A stretch of DNA of 64,000 nt from Marsupella aquatica (Eukaryota > Plantae > Marchantiophyta): positions 14,759,934 to 14,823,933 of the forward strand of contig OZ316899.1 in NCBI GenBank assembly GCA_973895155.1, given 5' to 3'. This document shows, in pieces, positions 48,096 through 61,300 of the stretch; the first letter of the stretch is position 1, and each line of letters opens with the position of its first letter. A program made the translations under genes and the position numbers. A model generated the notes under the pieces. It worked only from the letters and a program-made list of their open reading frames with translations, made no database searches and was not told where the DNA came from.

Positions 48096-49952
48096 CTAAT
48101 CCTCCTCTTCTTCTTCGCTCTCGGTGCCCGGACTTGTGCCCCGTGAGTGGTCCTCCTCCTCATCACTCACGGGAGTGAGTGCCACCGTACTTTTCTTCTT
48201 CTTCGACGGAGTACTCTTAGTGCTGCTGCTCCCGCGCTTCCTCAAAGCAGCCAAGGCCTGCCACGCCTTGATGTACCCCTCACCAATTGTGTCCTTCCAG
48301 AGGGTAGCCTCTTCTCCGGACCGCAACTCCAACGGTAGAACTTGCCCCGTGGCCATGGGAGTCCCGGGGGTGACAGACCTGGGTGGCATCCCCGTACTGA
48401 CCTGAGCCTCCCGTAACGATTTCCGTACCTCCCGGAGCTTCTTCTCCAAGCTCTTACTCTTCTCCTGACTCTTCTTGGCTCCATCCAACAAGGGTCCATA
48501 CTTCCCACTAACCTCCTTCACCACCATCTCGATAGCTTGGGAGATCACATCCGGGGAAAGTGTGGAGCCAGGTGTGCCGGGACTCTTCCGTTTCCCTAGA
48601 CTCAGGGCCTCACTTCTCTTCGCTCGTGTCTCAAAGGCTGCCACCTGACTCCGTAGTGCTCCCACCTGGTTCCTCCACTCCATCACTTCTCCAGAATTTT
48701 GCTTCTCTTTGGCCAATGCTTGCCTCAACGCTCCTACTTCTTCTGCTTCCTTGGCCTTGGTGGACAAAGCTCCCTTCAAGTTGGTGATCTCTACGTGAGC
48801 TGCATTGATGTGCCTGACCTTCTCATGAATGGTCTGCTCCTTGGTCTTGATCACCTCCTTCAGTGACAGGATGCTCTGCTCTAACGTCTCTACTTTGACT
48901 GTGGCGTGCTTGAGAGACTCCCTCAATGCGTGGACTAGCTTGAGTCCCTCGTGGACTCCCTCTCTGAAATCCCGTAGCTCTGCCAAGTAAACATCCGGAA
49001 TGTTGTATTCCAGAGGCTGTTTCGGATCTCCCACGAGTGATTCAAGCCACTCCAATGTGCAATCATCCTCCTGGTTCTCTTCTTCTCTATTATCCTCCCC
49101 ACCAGCAGACAATGATTCCTCCGTGAGCTTCCCTAAAACAGTAGTGGCAATACTCCGGATCTCCGTGGTGAGAGATGATCCCGTGTCTTCATGCCCCGGA
49201 GAACCAATCAACCCTTCTGCCCTGGCCAATACAAATGACCCCATCAAATGTACAGCCCCACCTGGTTTCACACTCCCGGGCTCAGCGGCCAATAGCTTCT
49301 TCAATCCGTAGCACCACCATCCGTACACATGGGCTGGGTAGTTCTTGATGTCCATAGCTACCACGAAATGCTCCTCATTCAGCACTCCGGATTGCACGTT
49401 GCCAAGAACCCGTTGATGCACCTTGGCCAGGAAGCCCTTATACTCAACATCCTTGACAGCAGAAAGAGGGATGGCGGTGGTGGAGGTAGGATTGGTCACC
49501 CAAGTGGCCACCATTTTCAACGTGAGTTCTCCCCTGATATTCCGAGGTGTGAATGAGAATTTCTGATTCTCAAGAAACAATAGCTTAGCCAACTCCACAT
49601 GGGGCACTACACGTTTGAGACATTCAAAGTAGATTCCCTCCGTTCGGAACTCCATCCCGGCCTCAATGTCCCAGCTCTTCCCTGAAGGGATGGTAATCTC
49701 CACCTTCATGAATTCTGTAAGCCCGGTGGCTTGGAAAATGTTCCGACAATCCTCCATCACCTTGGTGGAGGTCTTGGGATAAATTCGACGAAAAATCTTC
49801 CTACCCACCGGTGAGGAACCCGCTGCCAATCCCGTGCTCATCATAACTTCTCTCTCTTCCCTTTCCCGTGTAATCCGAGTCTCCACGTAGTCACGGTAAG
49901 CAGCCTTGTATCTCCGAATGCGTGACGCACTAAACTCTGGTTGATCTAGCAT
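48096..49952 (-). CDS. 618-aa LTR-encoded accessory protein, 5' LTR copy
   Basis: Translation identical to 37346-39202. Confidence 0.8.
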   Translation of the reverse strand: MLDQPEFSASRIRRYKAAYRDYVETRITREREEREVMMSTGLAAGSSPVGRKIFRRIYPKTSTKVMEDCRNIFQATGLTEFMKVEITIPSGKSWDIEAGMEFRTEGIYFECLKRVVPHVELAKLLFLENQKFSFTPRNIRGELTLKMVATWVTNPTSTTAIPLSAVKDVEYKGFLAKVHQRVLGNVQSGVLNEEHFVVAMDIKNYPAHVYGWWCYGLKKLLAAEPGSVKPGGAVHLMGSFVLARAEGLIGSPGHEDTGSSLTTEIRSIATTVLGKLTEESLSAGGEDNREEENQEDDCTLEWLESLVGDPKQPLEYNIPDVYLAELRDFREGVHEGLKLVHALRESLKHATVKVETLEQSILSLKEVIKTKEQTIHEKVRHINAAHVEITNLKGALSTKAKEAEEVGALRQALAKEKQNSGEVMEWRNQVGALRSQVAAFETRAKRSEALSLGKRKSPGTPGSTLSPDVISQAIEMVVKEVSGKYGPLLDGAKKSQEKSKSLEKKLREVRKSLREAQVSTGMPPRSVTPGTPMATGQVLPLELRSGEEATLWKDTIGEGYIKAWQALAALRKRGSSSTKSTPSKKKKSTVALTPVSDEEEDHSRGTSPGTESEEEEED

Positions 49953-50390
49953 CCATGCATCCCGAAATCAATTTCTCAATCACCAATCCCGTCACCCGTG
50001 GCAATGTCAATTCCCTGGCCCGAAACAGCCCCCGTAGCCCGATCACTTAAATTCTCTCAATTTCCCGTCACTACTCCGTGCGGCCGCCACTAATGCCTGG
50101 AAGAATGACGCCAGCAAGCCCCACTAATCCACCATGAAAGAGAGAGCTTCAAAAATAATTAGAATCTGGAGAGAGCTTCCGGCAAGAGAGAGAAGAACCC
50201 CGTTTTTGCTTTCGGCAATGAGAGGGTCGTGCAAAAGGAAGAGGGAAAGAAAAAGGAAGGAAAAAAAAAAAAAAAATAGAACCGAAAAAACTCCTGGCGC
50301 CTTCGCCATGCGCCCCGGCCCATTTCTCGGGCCTTACCCTTGCGTCCTCCTGCGCGCGGCCCTATGCAGGGCGCGCGGCCATTCCTCCCG

Positions 50391-50664
50391 GCTCGCGGGA
50401 GGCCCTTCAACTCCCCCCCGCTCGCGTGATCCTCCCAGCTCGCGGGAGGCCCTTTAACTCCCCCCCGCTCGCGTGATCCTCCCAGCTCGCGGGAGGCCCT
50501 TTAACTCCCCCCCGCTCGCGTGATCCTCCCAGCTCGCGGGAGGCCCTTTAACTCCCCCCCGCTCGCGTGATCCTCCCAGCTCGCGGGAGGCCCTTTAACT
50601 CCCCCCCGCTCGCGTGATCCTCCCAGCTCGCGGGAGGCCCTTTAACTCCCCCCCCCCCGCTCGC
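50391..50664. repeat. 47-bp GC-rich tandem array in 5' LTR (5 units plus partial)
   Basis: Same unit, one extra copy. Confidence 0.95.
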
Positions 50665-51164
50665 TTGCGCTCCTTCAGCTCGCGGAGCCTCATTAATTGC
50701 CCGGGCACGCAGCCCTATGGGCTCGCGAGGCAGCCCCTTCAGCTCGCGGAGCCCCATTAATCGCCCGGGCACGCAGCCCTATGGGCTCGCGAGGCAGCCC
50801 CTCTTTCTCTCGGACGGCCACTAATGGGACTCGCCCTCCTGAGGAGGGATTTATTTAAAAAAAAACCCCCCCCTCTCCTGACTTTGCAATGGGGGTCTCA
50901 ACAATAGCTCTTGAAGCAAAACGGTAAGTCCTATGGGGCTGGTCCTGGCTAGTTTCAAGGTCCCAAAATATTTGCCCACTTAGGTCGCCGCAAATCTTAG
51001 AACTATTATGAGAGAAAGAATATAAAGTCACCTGGGGCATCATCAACCTATAATGACGGAATTAACTAAAAATTAAAAAATGGCTTATTTACATTGACTA
51101 TTAACAAGGTATCGGCCTTTGCAACCAGTTATGTGTGACTTCCCGTGACGGGGTACCCGTCACA

Positions 51165-52507
51165 GGTTATAATGCGGAGGGGGGTCAACGGGTGCCATTG
51201 GTATCTTGGGCCAGAATGTCCCGCCCTCTAGATGAAGGGGGTCGGGGATTAAGGACTTTAGGAGTCACTCTGATGCTCTACTGGCTAAATGGTTTACTGG
51301 AGCGCTTGATTCCCCTGAGTCAGAATGGGCTTGTATGTTTGCTGAAAACTTGAATCTGATAGGATGGCAAAATTACAAGGTGGTACGAAGGAACAATTAC
51401 TCTTTTTGGGACAAGATGCTGCTTTGTAGCCCGAGGGCGCTCCATGGACTGGCTTACACAGGAGGACTCTGGAAGGCCTGGGAGGCGCTACGGTCAAATC
51501 TGATATTTTGCCGAACGGGAAGGATACCGGGGAGGTGGTCTGTTGGGGATGTACTCCAATGTCTGAAGGGCTTTCAGTCTTGGAGCAATGTGGATATGGC
51601 TGCTACTACTGTGCTCTGCGGGAGATTGGGTATAAGATGTATACAGGATCTCTGGTCGGAGGACAGACAGGATTGGAAAAGGATGGAAGGACGATGGGAG
51701 CATTTGAGGGGATTCACACCTGAGCACCAGACTCTTGGCAGGAGTTTCATGGAGGCCTTATATGAAATTGCACAATGTGAGTGGAGATTTGAACCAGGAC
51801 CCGGTTGTTGGTGCTGGGCTGATAATTCTGCCCCTTTGAAGTGCTTCAAGTTACCCAATCGGAGAGCTTACCACCTACTAAGACCAGTTTTGGAGGAGGC
51901 GCTCAGTCTGAACAGGACGTGGGGTACTTATAAGACTGAGATGGAATGGAAGGTGTGCTGGGCAGGGCTGTGGGGGGCAAGCATGTCACTGCGGGCAAAG
52001 ACCTTTATGTGGAGGGTAATTGCTCTGGGGCTGTTCACTGGGGTGAGGGCTGTTAAGATTGGTAAAGGAAGTGGGGATTGTAAGCTATGCCCGGGAAGAA
52101 TAGAGTCCATCGCGCACCTATTCTTGGACTGCCCACATGCACAAAAATGTTGGGCTCTCTGCGCACAAGGCTTCGGGGGAATGTTTGCGGGATACGCTGG
52201 GGGACTGATTGGGCTGTTGGATTTTGCTATTGGAAGGCACCATAGTAAGACAGTAATGATGGTAGTGTTGTTTCAGATGTTGTGGGCATTGTGGCTGGGG
52301 CATAATGAGCATATGTTCCAGGTAGCTAGGAGCAAGAAATTAGACTTCCAATTCATAATGTCTGAGGCAGCGGATCATGTCTGTGCTGTTTTGATTTCAT
52401 TGCCAGTGTGCAACCGGAAAACACGATTACTGAGGGCAAAGGAAATGATTAATAGGGAGAGGATTGCATGGCTAAAGCGTAGGGATGTATGGATCACTTC
52501 GGGATAG
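51165..52507 (+). pseudogene. LINE ORF2 C-terminal part with zf-RVT
   Basis: RPLDEGGRG; KTFMWR..CKLC..ESIAHLFLDC zinc motif. Confidence 0.9.
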
Positions 52508-55179
52508 GCAAATAGGATCTGGGGGAAATATGGTAAGATGACTGAGAGACGGTTAGGTGGCATGCTTGACTGAGTGGGTGGGCTGTTGGCATTGGTGGTG
52601 ACCATGAACCGCCTTGGGGTTTGGGTCACCTGGTCTGGGCCTCAGAGTGGCCTTTTTTGCTGATGGATGTTTGGGTGTGTCTTTTGGCTATGTGTGTCTC
52701 CTCTGCCACGGGGTTTTCGTGGCCACTATATTAAAAATATACAAAATGTTGTAAGGAATTAGGCAGTATTAAAAAGAACCTACCAAACTATCATTTTCCA
52801 CTCAGGCAAAAATCCCTCCCAATCCTACAACACTAAAGGATTCCATAAGCTAGCCAGAGATAAGAATTTGTACTTCTTCCTAGGGTTGAGCCCAACACTT
52901 CTAGCTATGGGGCATCACACTTGACTCTGGCAGCACACTCAAAAGATTGAAAAAAATCAGGATGAATTTCAAGGTCAGACACTGCCAAACAAATTTTGAA
53001 CACAACAAACACAGTAGTTTATTGCCAATAGAATTTTGAACACAATGGTGCAGCATCTTGATTTGCCTAAACTCCATGAACTTAATAGCAGATTCTTATT
53101 TTCAATTAGGCACCATTAAACAGACCAGCCTTCCACTCACGCATAAACAATACTGGCCCACTTAGGCATTAAACAGGGTGGAGCCAAAAACCATTGCCAA
53201 GGCAAAGAAACAAACACAATAACAAAAACAGAAGAGGGGCTAGATAAAAGTGATGTTGCAGGCTAAGAAAATGGTCCGACCAATCAAGCCTTATCTACGT
53301 ATAGCAGCACCTTGTTGGCTACAAGAAAATAGCTGGCTGCATCTAGCAGAGGAGGAAAAAGTAGTGGCCCTGAGCTATCTCAGAATGGCAACAACTAACA
53401 ATGAACACAGACTACCAAGAGTTACATTTTATCAATGAAACTCCCAGTCACTTACACAACATTAGCAAATCAGAGAGAGAGAGGACAAACTGTTTCTCTG
53501 CAATCGGAACTCAATATTCTGGACATTGAAAAACTGGTAAACTTTAATTCAAGCACTTAGAGAGAGACGGAGAGGGAGCGAGAAAGAGAGCAAATAGTCT
53601 CTTGGCAATGAAAGCTTATGAAAACATAAGCATAGCAAACTGGACTAGAGAGTTCTCAGACAACAAAAATTGTTTCCCCACAATTAAATCTCCCCATTCA
53701 GTAGCATAAGTGTCGGCTGAAGTGGAGCAAACCTTTTGCTTTAGGCAAAATGAAGTACAGGAGACAGGGCAAGTCAAGGTTTTGAGTTTTTTTAAACTTT
53801 AACCAAGAACACGTGTGTCGGAAAACAAACAATCTGCTCGGAGGCCAGAAGGGGAGCCAACAACAACCAAACATGGCTATACAAGCCAAAGGCAGCCAGA
53901 CATAAACACATAACAAAACCTAGGTGGAACCACTGCCAACAATGGAGAGGCAGGGGCTGATGCCACCAGACCACTAGTTTCAGGAATAAGGTCATCAGGC
54001 AATTTGAGCTGGAAAGATGGAAATTTGAGCTCCATCTCAAGGAACTCGGCACAAAGGAGTTAAATCCCGAGGAACGATTTCACAATGTGATAACATTATG
54101 CTGTCCAAAATCCAGCATCCAACGTAAGCACAGCAGAAACACTAAAGTCACAGCAGGCAAAGGGGAAAATAAGCACAAATTGCAGCATGGCCGGCAGCGA
54201 GAATAAGCACATCTTTGATTTGGAAGTTGAAGGTAGCAGGTATGGAAACATCTGGAGGGGAGGAGAGGACATATTACGAAGACTTCTTGAACTCCTATCC
54301 TGTGCCTGTAACATGTATGGTTTGCTGGGAAAGTTTTCCAGTTCTGGATCCTGCTATGCTATATATACAGCAGCAACCTGAGCTCCATGAATTTGTTTTG
54401 TATAGATGACCTTTTGACCACGGCTACAACTTCAAAACAATCACCCAATCAAATCATAACAGAACCCACCCGCAAGCTGAACACAGAGGACAGAGACAAA
54501 GAAAATCTGTGAAAGAAAGTAAAGAGCAACAGAGATCCAACATACGCAGATTTTTGACAGGGGGATCAGCAAAGCACAAAACCTCACTCAAAGAGAGATT
54601 GAGGGAAAGCTACTGTTTAGGGACGAGGGTTAGATTTCCACAATTGGGAAAGTTGATTGGCAGGCATAGTACTTAATGGTCTCAACATTTTCAAATATTT
54701 GGCACGTGAACAACAATGGTCTTCAAGTGGAATTAACAGACATTCTTCATGTAGTAAACGATACTAGTACTGCAGCTCACAGCAAGGGTTGGCTGTCCAA
54801 GTAGACGAAGAAGCTATGGGAGAAGCTCAGCTCAAGTTTGATGATATATCAAACTTGCAGTTCATAAAATAACATTTTGACCAGTCCTTTGCCGTACATA
54901 ATCAAGAATAGACAAAATGAGACAGGGACCAATAGTGGGCAATCGAACTTCAGACAGGGACTGTAGGAAATCAACAACAGCAATAGAAATAGAGAAACAT
55001 AGCAAGAAGGCAGCAGGCATTGGATTGGGATGAACAAGCTTTAAGGATTGATTAGGGAAACAACAAACCAAGGAAACCATGACTCATAGACTGAAACATA
55101 GCCAGAAGGGGAAGAAGCGCAAGATTGCACGAACCTGACCCCAGCTCCAGCCGTTGCTTGATCCCGCAGCTCCTCCCGT

Positions 55180-55590
55180 TGCAAGGACCCACAGACTGCA
55201 AGCCACCTTCCGCAGCGGTCGCCTTCCACAGGGATTGCCTTCACAACTCCAATGTCCACCTTCCGCAACAGCAAATGATTGCCTCCCTCCTCAGCCTCCT
55301 TTGAATGCCTCCGCGAGCTTAAGGACCCACTGCAGTCCACCTTCCTTAGCGGTCGCCTTCCACAGGGATCGCGCCAACTCCAATGTCACCTTCCGCAGCC
55401 CCAAACAATTGCCTCCCTGCTCAGTTCCTTTGAATGCCTCCGCAAGCTTAAGGACCCAATGCAGTCCACCTTCTACAGCGATCGCCTTCTGCAAGGATTG
55501 CCTTCCTCAACGATTTCCTTCCGTAGTCCACCTTCTGATTGCAGCGATCACCTTCCGTACGAGCATGCAGGTCCACCTTCCGCAGCAGCA
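55180..55590. repeat. Degenerate tandem repeat, ~130-bp period, about 3 units
   Basis: aaggaccca recurs near 55183, 55321 and 55450; cctttgaatgcctccgc and ccaccttccg recur. Confidence 0.7.
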
Positions 55591-55861
55591 GGTTGGTCAC
55601 TTGAGGATTTGTCAAACTTGGAACCTTAGCTCTCCTCCCACCAAACTCCCACCACTGTCCGACCACACAAGCTTTGGTTGGTGAAAAAGCAATGCCGCAA
55701 AGCTCCAACTTTGGAGCTTATGACAGACCTCCGCAACCGCAATGGCGCAAAGCTCCTCCCCTCAGCTTATGATAGACCTCGCCACCTCAGCGCCTTCCCA
55801 GACCACAACTCCTCCCCTCAACACCTCCCCTCAACACCTCTCGGACCGCAACTCACTAAAA

Positions 55862-56020
55862 ACCTAAGCACTCAGGAGTGCCCTCGACAATGTTGCCGTT
55901 GCGCTGCACATTGCCCTTTTGCACGACATTTCTCATAAGGAATGGAATGACCTAAGCACTCAGGACTACCCTGGACATTGCCGTTGCGCTCCACATTGCC
56001 CTGTTGCACAACGTTTCTTG
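55862..56020. repeat. ~88-bp imperfect tandem duplication
   Basis: acctaagcactcagga...ttgccgttgcgct..cacattgccct occurs twice. Confidence 0.75.
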
Positions 56021-57714
56021 GTAGAAATGGAGTAGACCAAAATTGGCTAAATCTGTGTCCTCCCCGTAGCTTTGTTACAAGTAACAGAATGCGGGCATAC
56101 TCCCATTCACATGTGATAGTCCTCCCGCAATGCAGGGCGTCATCTTAGCTGTCGGCATTTGTGTAGGTGCCAACAAGAAGGTTAAGGACCAATGTTATTT
56201 AAAAAATGATGCCCATGATATAAAAGGTCCTTTTGAACCAAGGGGAAACCTTGGTTTTGTAACTTGGTGCTCTAGAGTTATGGCTCAAGATCACATTGAC
56301 CCTAAACCCACAACCCGCCCCTCATTTAAACAAATTAATCCTTCATGGGAGGTGAAGGTGTTGTGGATTACACTAGTGTAATTAACTATGTAACGGCCAT
56401 GTTTTTGGGGTGATAGGTTTTGTCTGCAAAAATATATGCATGCATGTCGAACACAATTTTGGACTACCTTATTAGTCTCACCATATGATAGTGATACTCA
56501 TCCAAATGTTAGCATTTAATAGCTCTCCACTCGTGACTCAAATGAGAGAAACCCTCATTGATGACTCGAGCACATTCTAGGGCAACTATTAGTTTCATAG
56601 ACATACGTATAGTATGTGTACTTTTGTACTAGCCCCCTTGTCTGGCCCCTTCCCAGGCCCCTTACATGCTACATGACCACTACATATGAGGGCTATGTTG
56701 TCTAAGAGTTTTTGAGAGCATTATAGCAAAGCATTAATAAGTGAGCCTTCCGATGACTATATGACCTCCAGTATGCCAACATTAATGGCTTCCAATATGA
56801 CAGCGTGAGTGACCCCACGTTTAGTCATTCAGATTGAAGCACCACTTAATTCACAAATGACCCAATGAACTCGCTTGTACCCCCCAATAGCCTTTGTAAC
56901 GACCACATTTCCAGTCATTTGGTACTTCTGACCTCTAGTATGACAACCAAGATGACCCTAATTTGAGGTGTTTTCATTAATGACACACCATGAGGGACCT
57001 CTCTAATGACCATATACGCAGTCATTTGGTCCAAATGACCTCCAATATGACTACCAAAATGACCCTTAATGTGTTAGGTATTTACTCAAGGTCTAGGGTT
57101 ACGACATGTAACTGGAGTTAGACTAACCGTAGTTGGAGACATGGTTAGATTAACTAGGATGTACACTATATGCCAAGCGGTGTTTGCTTGGATAAGGGGA
57201 ACTTAGGCTCATTGTTATGGAGCCACTTGAGAGATAAGGAGAGCTTACACTATAGAGACTTGGTATAGCCGACGGGCTTAGAGTTTAATAAAGCTCTCTT
57301 GTGTGTTCTTGTGGACGTAGCTCTCTTGTGTCGACTACTTGCGCGTTGACATTCTCTTGTGTCTTGACCGACTATGGAGTCTTCTTTTGCCTGAGTGGGG
57401 TTTCTTGTCGTTGCATTCGACTCGGAGGGAGAGACGTGAAGTACTTGGGTTGAACGGAGAGATCACGAAGAGGTGATCATTTTGAGTCCAAGATTGACAT
57501 TTTTGCCCATGGGAGGAAGGAGTTCTGAACTTTTGCCACTGATTGACCAGCAAACGGTGCGGGTGCGCAAATCTTTCCAACCCACCGACATCGATTTCTG
57601 ATTCCTCACGGTAATCCGAATGTTACAAGGTGCAAGAGTTTTTTGTTTGATTTTCACAAGCATTCTTGGATTTCTTACGGGCCAATTTTTGGTTCAAAAA
57701 CTACTCCATTTACG

Positions 57715-57739
57715 TCTCTCTCTCTCTCTCTCTCTCTCT
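57715..57739. repeat. (TC)n microsatellite
   Basis: About 12 TC units. Confidence 0.9.
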
Positions 57740-58372
57740 TGCCCCGGTGACTAAGCGGAAGTGGAACCTTAACCAGACTCCCATCAACGACTCTGCCAAA
57801 CGTAAGGGTATTTACGCCAATCAAACTCCACAGCGCGGACGTGGCCGTGGTAACTATACTTGGCATCCGCACACTCCCAACTCGTCCGTGGGTGCCCCCA
57901 GTTGCTTCGCTGACTCACTATCACGTGCCCAGAACTCTACATCTGATTCGGGCCAGTCGCCGCTTCAACGACATAACTTACATTTCTGAAATACGACTGA
58001 TAGGATGATAGGAAGATACGCGTTCGACACTGATTAGGCCGTTTATCCCAGGTGGACGTGTACCTAGATTAACTAATACTACTTCCATGCCTCTATTTAC
58101 ATGCTTGATTCTCACGAGATACAATCCCATCTATTTATGATCCTTTGTCGTTGTTGCTTTACTCGACTGGACGATTCTGATCACATGTTGCCTTTTTGAT
58201 CTTGCACCATTCTGTAGGCCACTAGCATCGCACACTACTACTGACATTCTCCAATACAATTTTTCCACTCTTCTATCTTCTTTGGATTATATAGGATACC
58301 CACGTCACATAATAAATCTCTTTACTAATCATCTGTCATGTACCACATTACCAAGGGAATGGCACACCTAAC

Positions 58373-61300
58373 TGTGATGCCTAGACAGGAATCACTCGGC
58401 CAGTTAAGTGGGTAAAGCAGGAATGCACCCTGGAAACACCTTAGTATAGGGACAAAACAAGGAAAATATAAACAATTAGGGGCGACTATGGAACCCGGGC
58501 CGAGGCCGGAGGTAAGGACGCTGGGGGTGAAAACTCGATTAGGGTTAGGGCGCGCTAAGCGTCGGCGGCTAGGAAGGATCAACGGGAGGAAGGACCGGAA
58601 GAGGAGAGGGGTAAGGAGCGCTTGCAGGAGATGGTGGCTCATTTGCGAGCACAAACTAGGCAGACGCCTACGGGAGGCCAACTACTGTCAGCTGCTTAGG
58701 CAAGCACTCGGGGAGAGAGTAGATACCGACGATCGATCTAAGGAGGGTATGAGCAACGTCAATCAAGCGGCACATTTCTGGGGATGCCTGTTCGAACGGC
58801 CAACTGAGTACATCAAGACTTACGAGGACAAAGAATCAGAAAGGGCAGCTCGAGAACGGCAGGAGCTCGCTCGATTGTGGGAGCTGCAGAAGACGGCTTT
58901 CTTAGGAGGCAAACTCATCAACGCCAAGTTCTTGTGGACTCCTACTTCCAATCAGCTCGACAATCTTCTGTTTTGTGAAGACAGAATCATCGGCATTCAA
59001 GAGGCCATCAAGAATTGCAACGACATACACTAGGAATTGAAGGGTAGCACGGAAAGGTGGACCCCGGCAACGGTGCTAGGAGAAACCTCCACGGCAGCAG
59101 AGATGAAGAGGAAGGGAGCCGTCAACGATGAAGCCACCCCGGCAAAAAGAACGAGGTCGGCGGCACCAAGGAAGCCAGCCGAGCAGCAGAGCAGGAGGCA
59201 GGGAGAAGCCGAAGAGGAGGAGGTCGATCCCATCAATGCCATTCCAACCAGGGATGACACCTGGAAAGGCTGGGCGGCAACCCTACCGGTGGAGGTGCAA
59301 CTACATTTTGCACGGGAGGAGGATGCATGCTTTACGGCCATGCAGACCAAGAAGTACCAAGGCTTCATGGCCGGATCCGGCTTAGAGGCCTTTGTAAGAT
59401 TACCATGGCTGAAGCCGGAGGTACCGGATTCAGACCTATTAGAATTCGTGGGGTCATGGGAACCCGAGACCAATTGCACGAGGATATATGGGAAGGATTT
59501 CTATCTTACTCCCAAGGTGATTGCCGAAGTGTTTGGCTTGCCAATAGGCAATAAGACCAAAGTTGATACCAGGAAGACCTTGCCTGACAAGGAGGTCCGG
59601 TCGTTCCCCGGGCCATGAACGAAGAATGGCTTCTTCCGGAACACCTGCACCAACCCACACATAGGAGAGATGATCGACTTCTTGCGGGTGACCATGCATT
59701 GTAACTTGCCGAGGGCAGAGATTGGCAAGGCACAGGTCTATCTGGCAGAGAGGCCAGACCCAAGCCGGGACTACAACGGGTACCTCCTCAACCAATTGAA
59801 GAAGATGTTAAAGGAGGAGCAGCAGGTAATCGGCATGGGGAGCGTGTCGCGGCTTGGCTATCACATGCCGCTGTTGTGTCGGTATGCCAGAGGTCAGACC
59901 TTTGCCCCAGTACTTCCCTGCAGGTAAGGACACCTGAGGAAGCTCCAGCACCGAGGCCGGTAGCAGAGAAGCCTCAACCACCTGTTAGCCCTACGATCGA
60001 GCAGGTGTTTAGGCCAAGGACGGAGGACTTGCCGATGCAGCAACCAGGCATGCAGAATCTGCTGAAACTACTGGAGAAAGAAAAGAGATCGGCATCGGCA
60101 ACGACAACGACAACAATGCAGGACACTGCTCTAGAGGTAGGCCTACACCGGCTTACAAGGGAAAACCCCTTTACTGGAGACAAGGAGAGAATCAGGCCAG
60201 AATCCAAGCCGGGTGTTCGAATGTACGTGGGAGTCTCAAGCTCTGAATCTGAGGCAGAATTGCCTGAAGCTCCTACCGACGAAGAGGAGAGGGAGAAGCC
60301 GGAAGTCCAAGAGGAAGAGGAGGCAGTGGAGGACTGCAGCCATGATAACTCCGGCTATGGGTCGGACCATCACGTTCCAGGAGTAAGGACCTGTGGCCGG
60401 TTTATCCCCACACTTCCAAGGGTAGTACGAGGGGACCCCAACCAGCAGAGTAGCCCTGAGTCTCCCCCACCAGATGTTGCTCCCCCGAGCTTTGACGGCA
60501 TAAAACAGACGGCGCAAGAATTTCAGGAGCGGATCAGGCAGGAAGAGGAGGCAGCCCTGGCTAGGGAAAAGGATTTGCCAGGAGGAGATTGGCCGGAGGA
60601 CATCAGGCGGCTAGCCGAAAAAGGAAGCAAACCTCTAGCCACGATTGAAGAGATCCGCAAGACGGCTTGGGAGCAGAGGCCGCGGTGGATGATGCCGATG
60701 ACTTCTACTTCCTCCACCTATGCTAAAGACAGAGCCATGGAGTACGGGGAGATGTGTGGAGAACTGGCGCTCAGCATATTTGGGGAGGAGTTGGAGCAGG
60801 GACCCTTTTTCCAGAGGGAGATGTTGGAGAAGCGCCAATTAGAAGAAGCGGTGGCCTTGGAAAGAAGCAAGAAGGACGAGGTCATCCGTCGGCTTAGGGA
60901 AAGGGAAGCCGAAATCAAGGACCTGAGGGTGGCCAAGAAAGCCCAAAATGAGTTGCGGATTAAGCGACATGAGCTAAATATCATGCAGGGCCAATTGGAT
61001 ACCGCACAATCTGATAATCGGATGATCGAGAATCTACTGACGCGGACCCAGGGAGAATTGGCCGACGCAATCAAGGACAGGGAGAAATGGAAGAAGGAGC
61101 TGAGGAATGCAGAGGAGGCCCACATAACATCCAACAACCGGGCCATGGCGGAGACCCAAAGAAAGGAATGGGCGTTGAAGGGGGAACTCGAGAAAATCCG
61201 CGGAGCCCTTGAGCAGAAGGAGGCCGAGTTAGGGAAATCCTATCAAGGGATTATGGCGCTGCAGCAGGAGCTTGCGTCCCTGACGGCCAGCTTCAAGGCC

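Larger units (their letters stand above)
36235..51164 (-). mobile_element. Intact, very young 14.9-kb Ty3/gypsy (Athila/Tat-like) LTR retrotransposon with ~4.1-kb LTRs
   Basis: TG...CA LTRs, 5-bp TSD GGTTA (36230-36234, 51165-51169), tRNA-type PBS, uninterrupted 2132-aa gag-pol. Confidence 0.97.
46985..51164 (-). repeat. 5' LTR (4180 bp)
   Basis: Differs by eye from the other LTR only by one 47-bp repeat unit and one A in a homopolymer (48 bp in total). Confidence 0.97.
31766..52750 (+). mobile_element. Degraded L1-clade LINE, split by the LTR element at 36235-51164
   Basis: ORF1 and ORF2 domains in order; removing the insert and one GGTTA restores FLWGYNAEGGQRVPLVSW; outer limits approximate. 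Confidence 0.9.

Noticed and set aside
36235-51164. 4-kb duplication as assembly artefact or segmental duplication
   Set aside because: TG...CA ends, 5-bp TSD, PBS and PPT placement, and restoration of the LINE frame all fit true LTRs
52760-55180. Possible host exons
   Set aside because: Could not build a consistent spliced frame or recognise a product
57700-58370. Hammerhead ribozyme expected near a Penelope-like element
   Set aside because: No CTGA(N)GA...GAAA core with supporting stems found by eye
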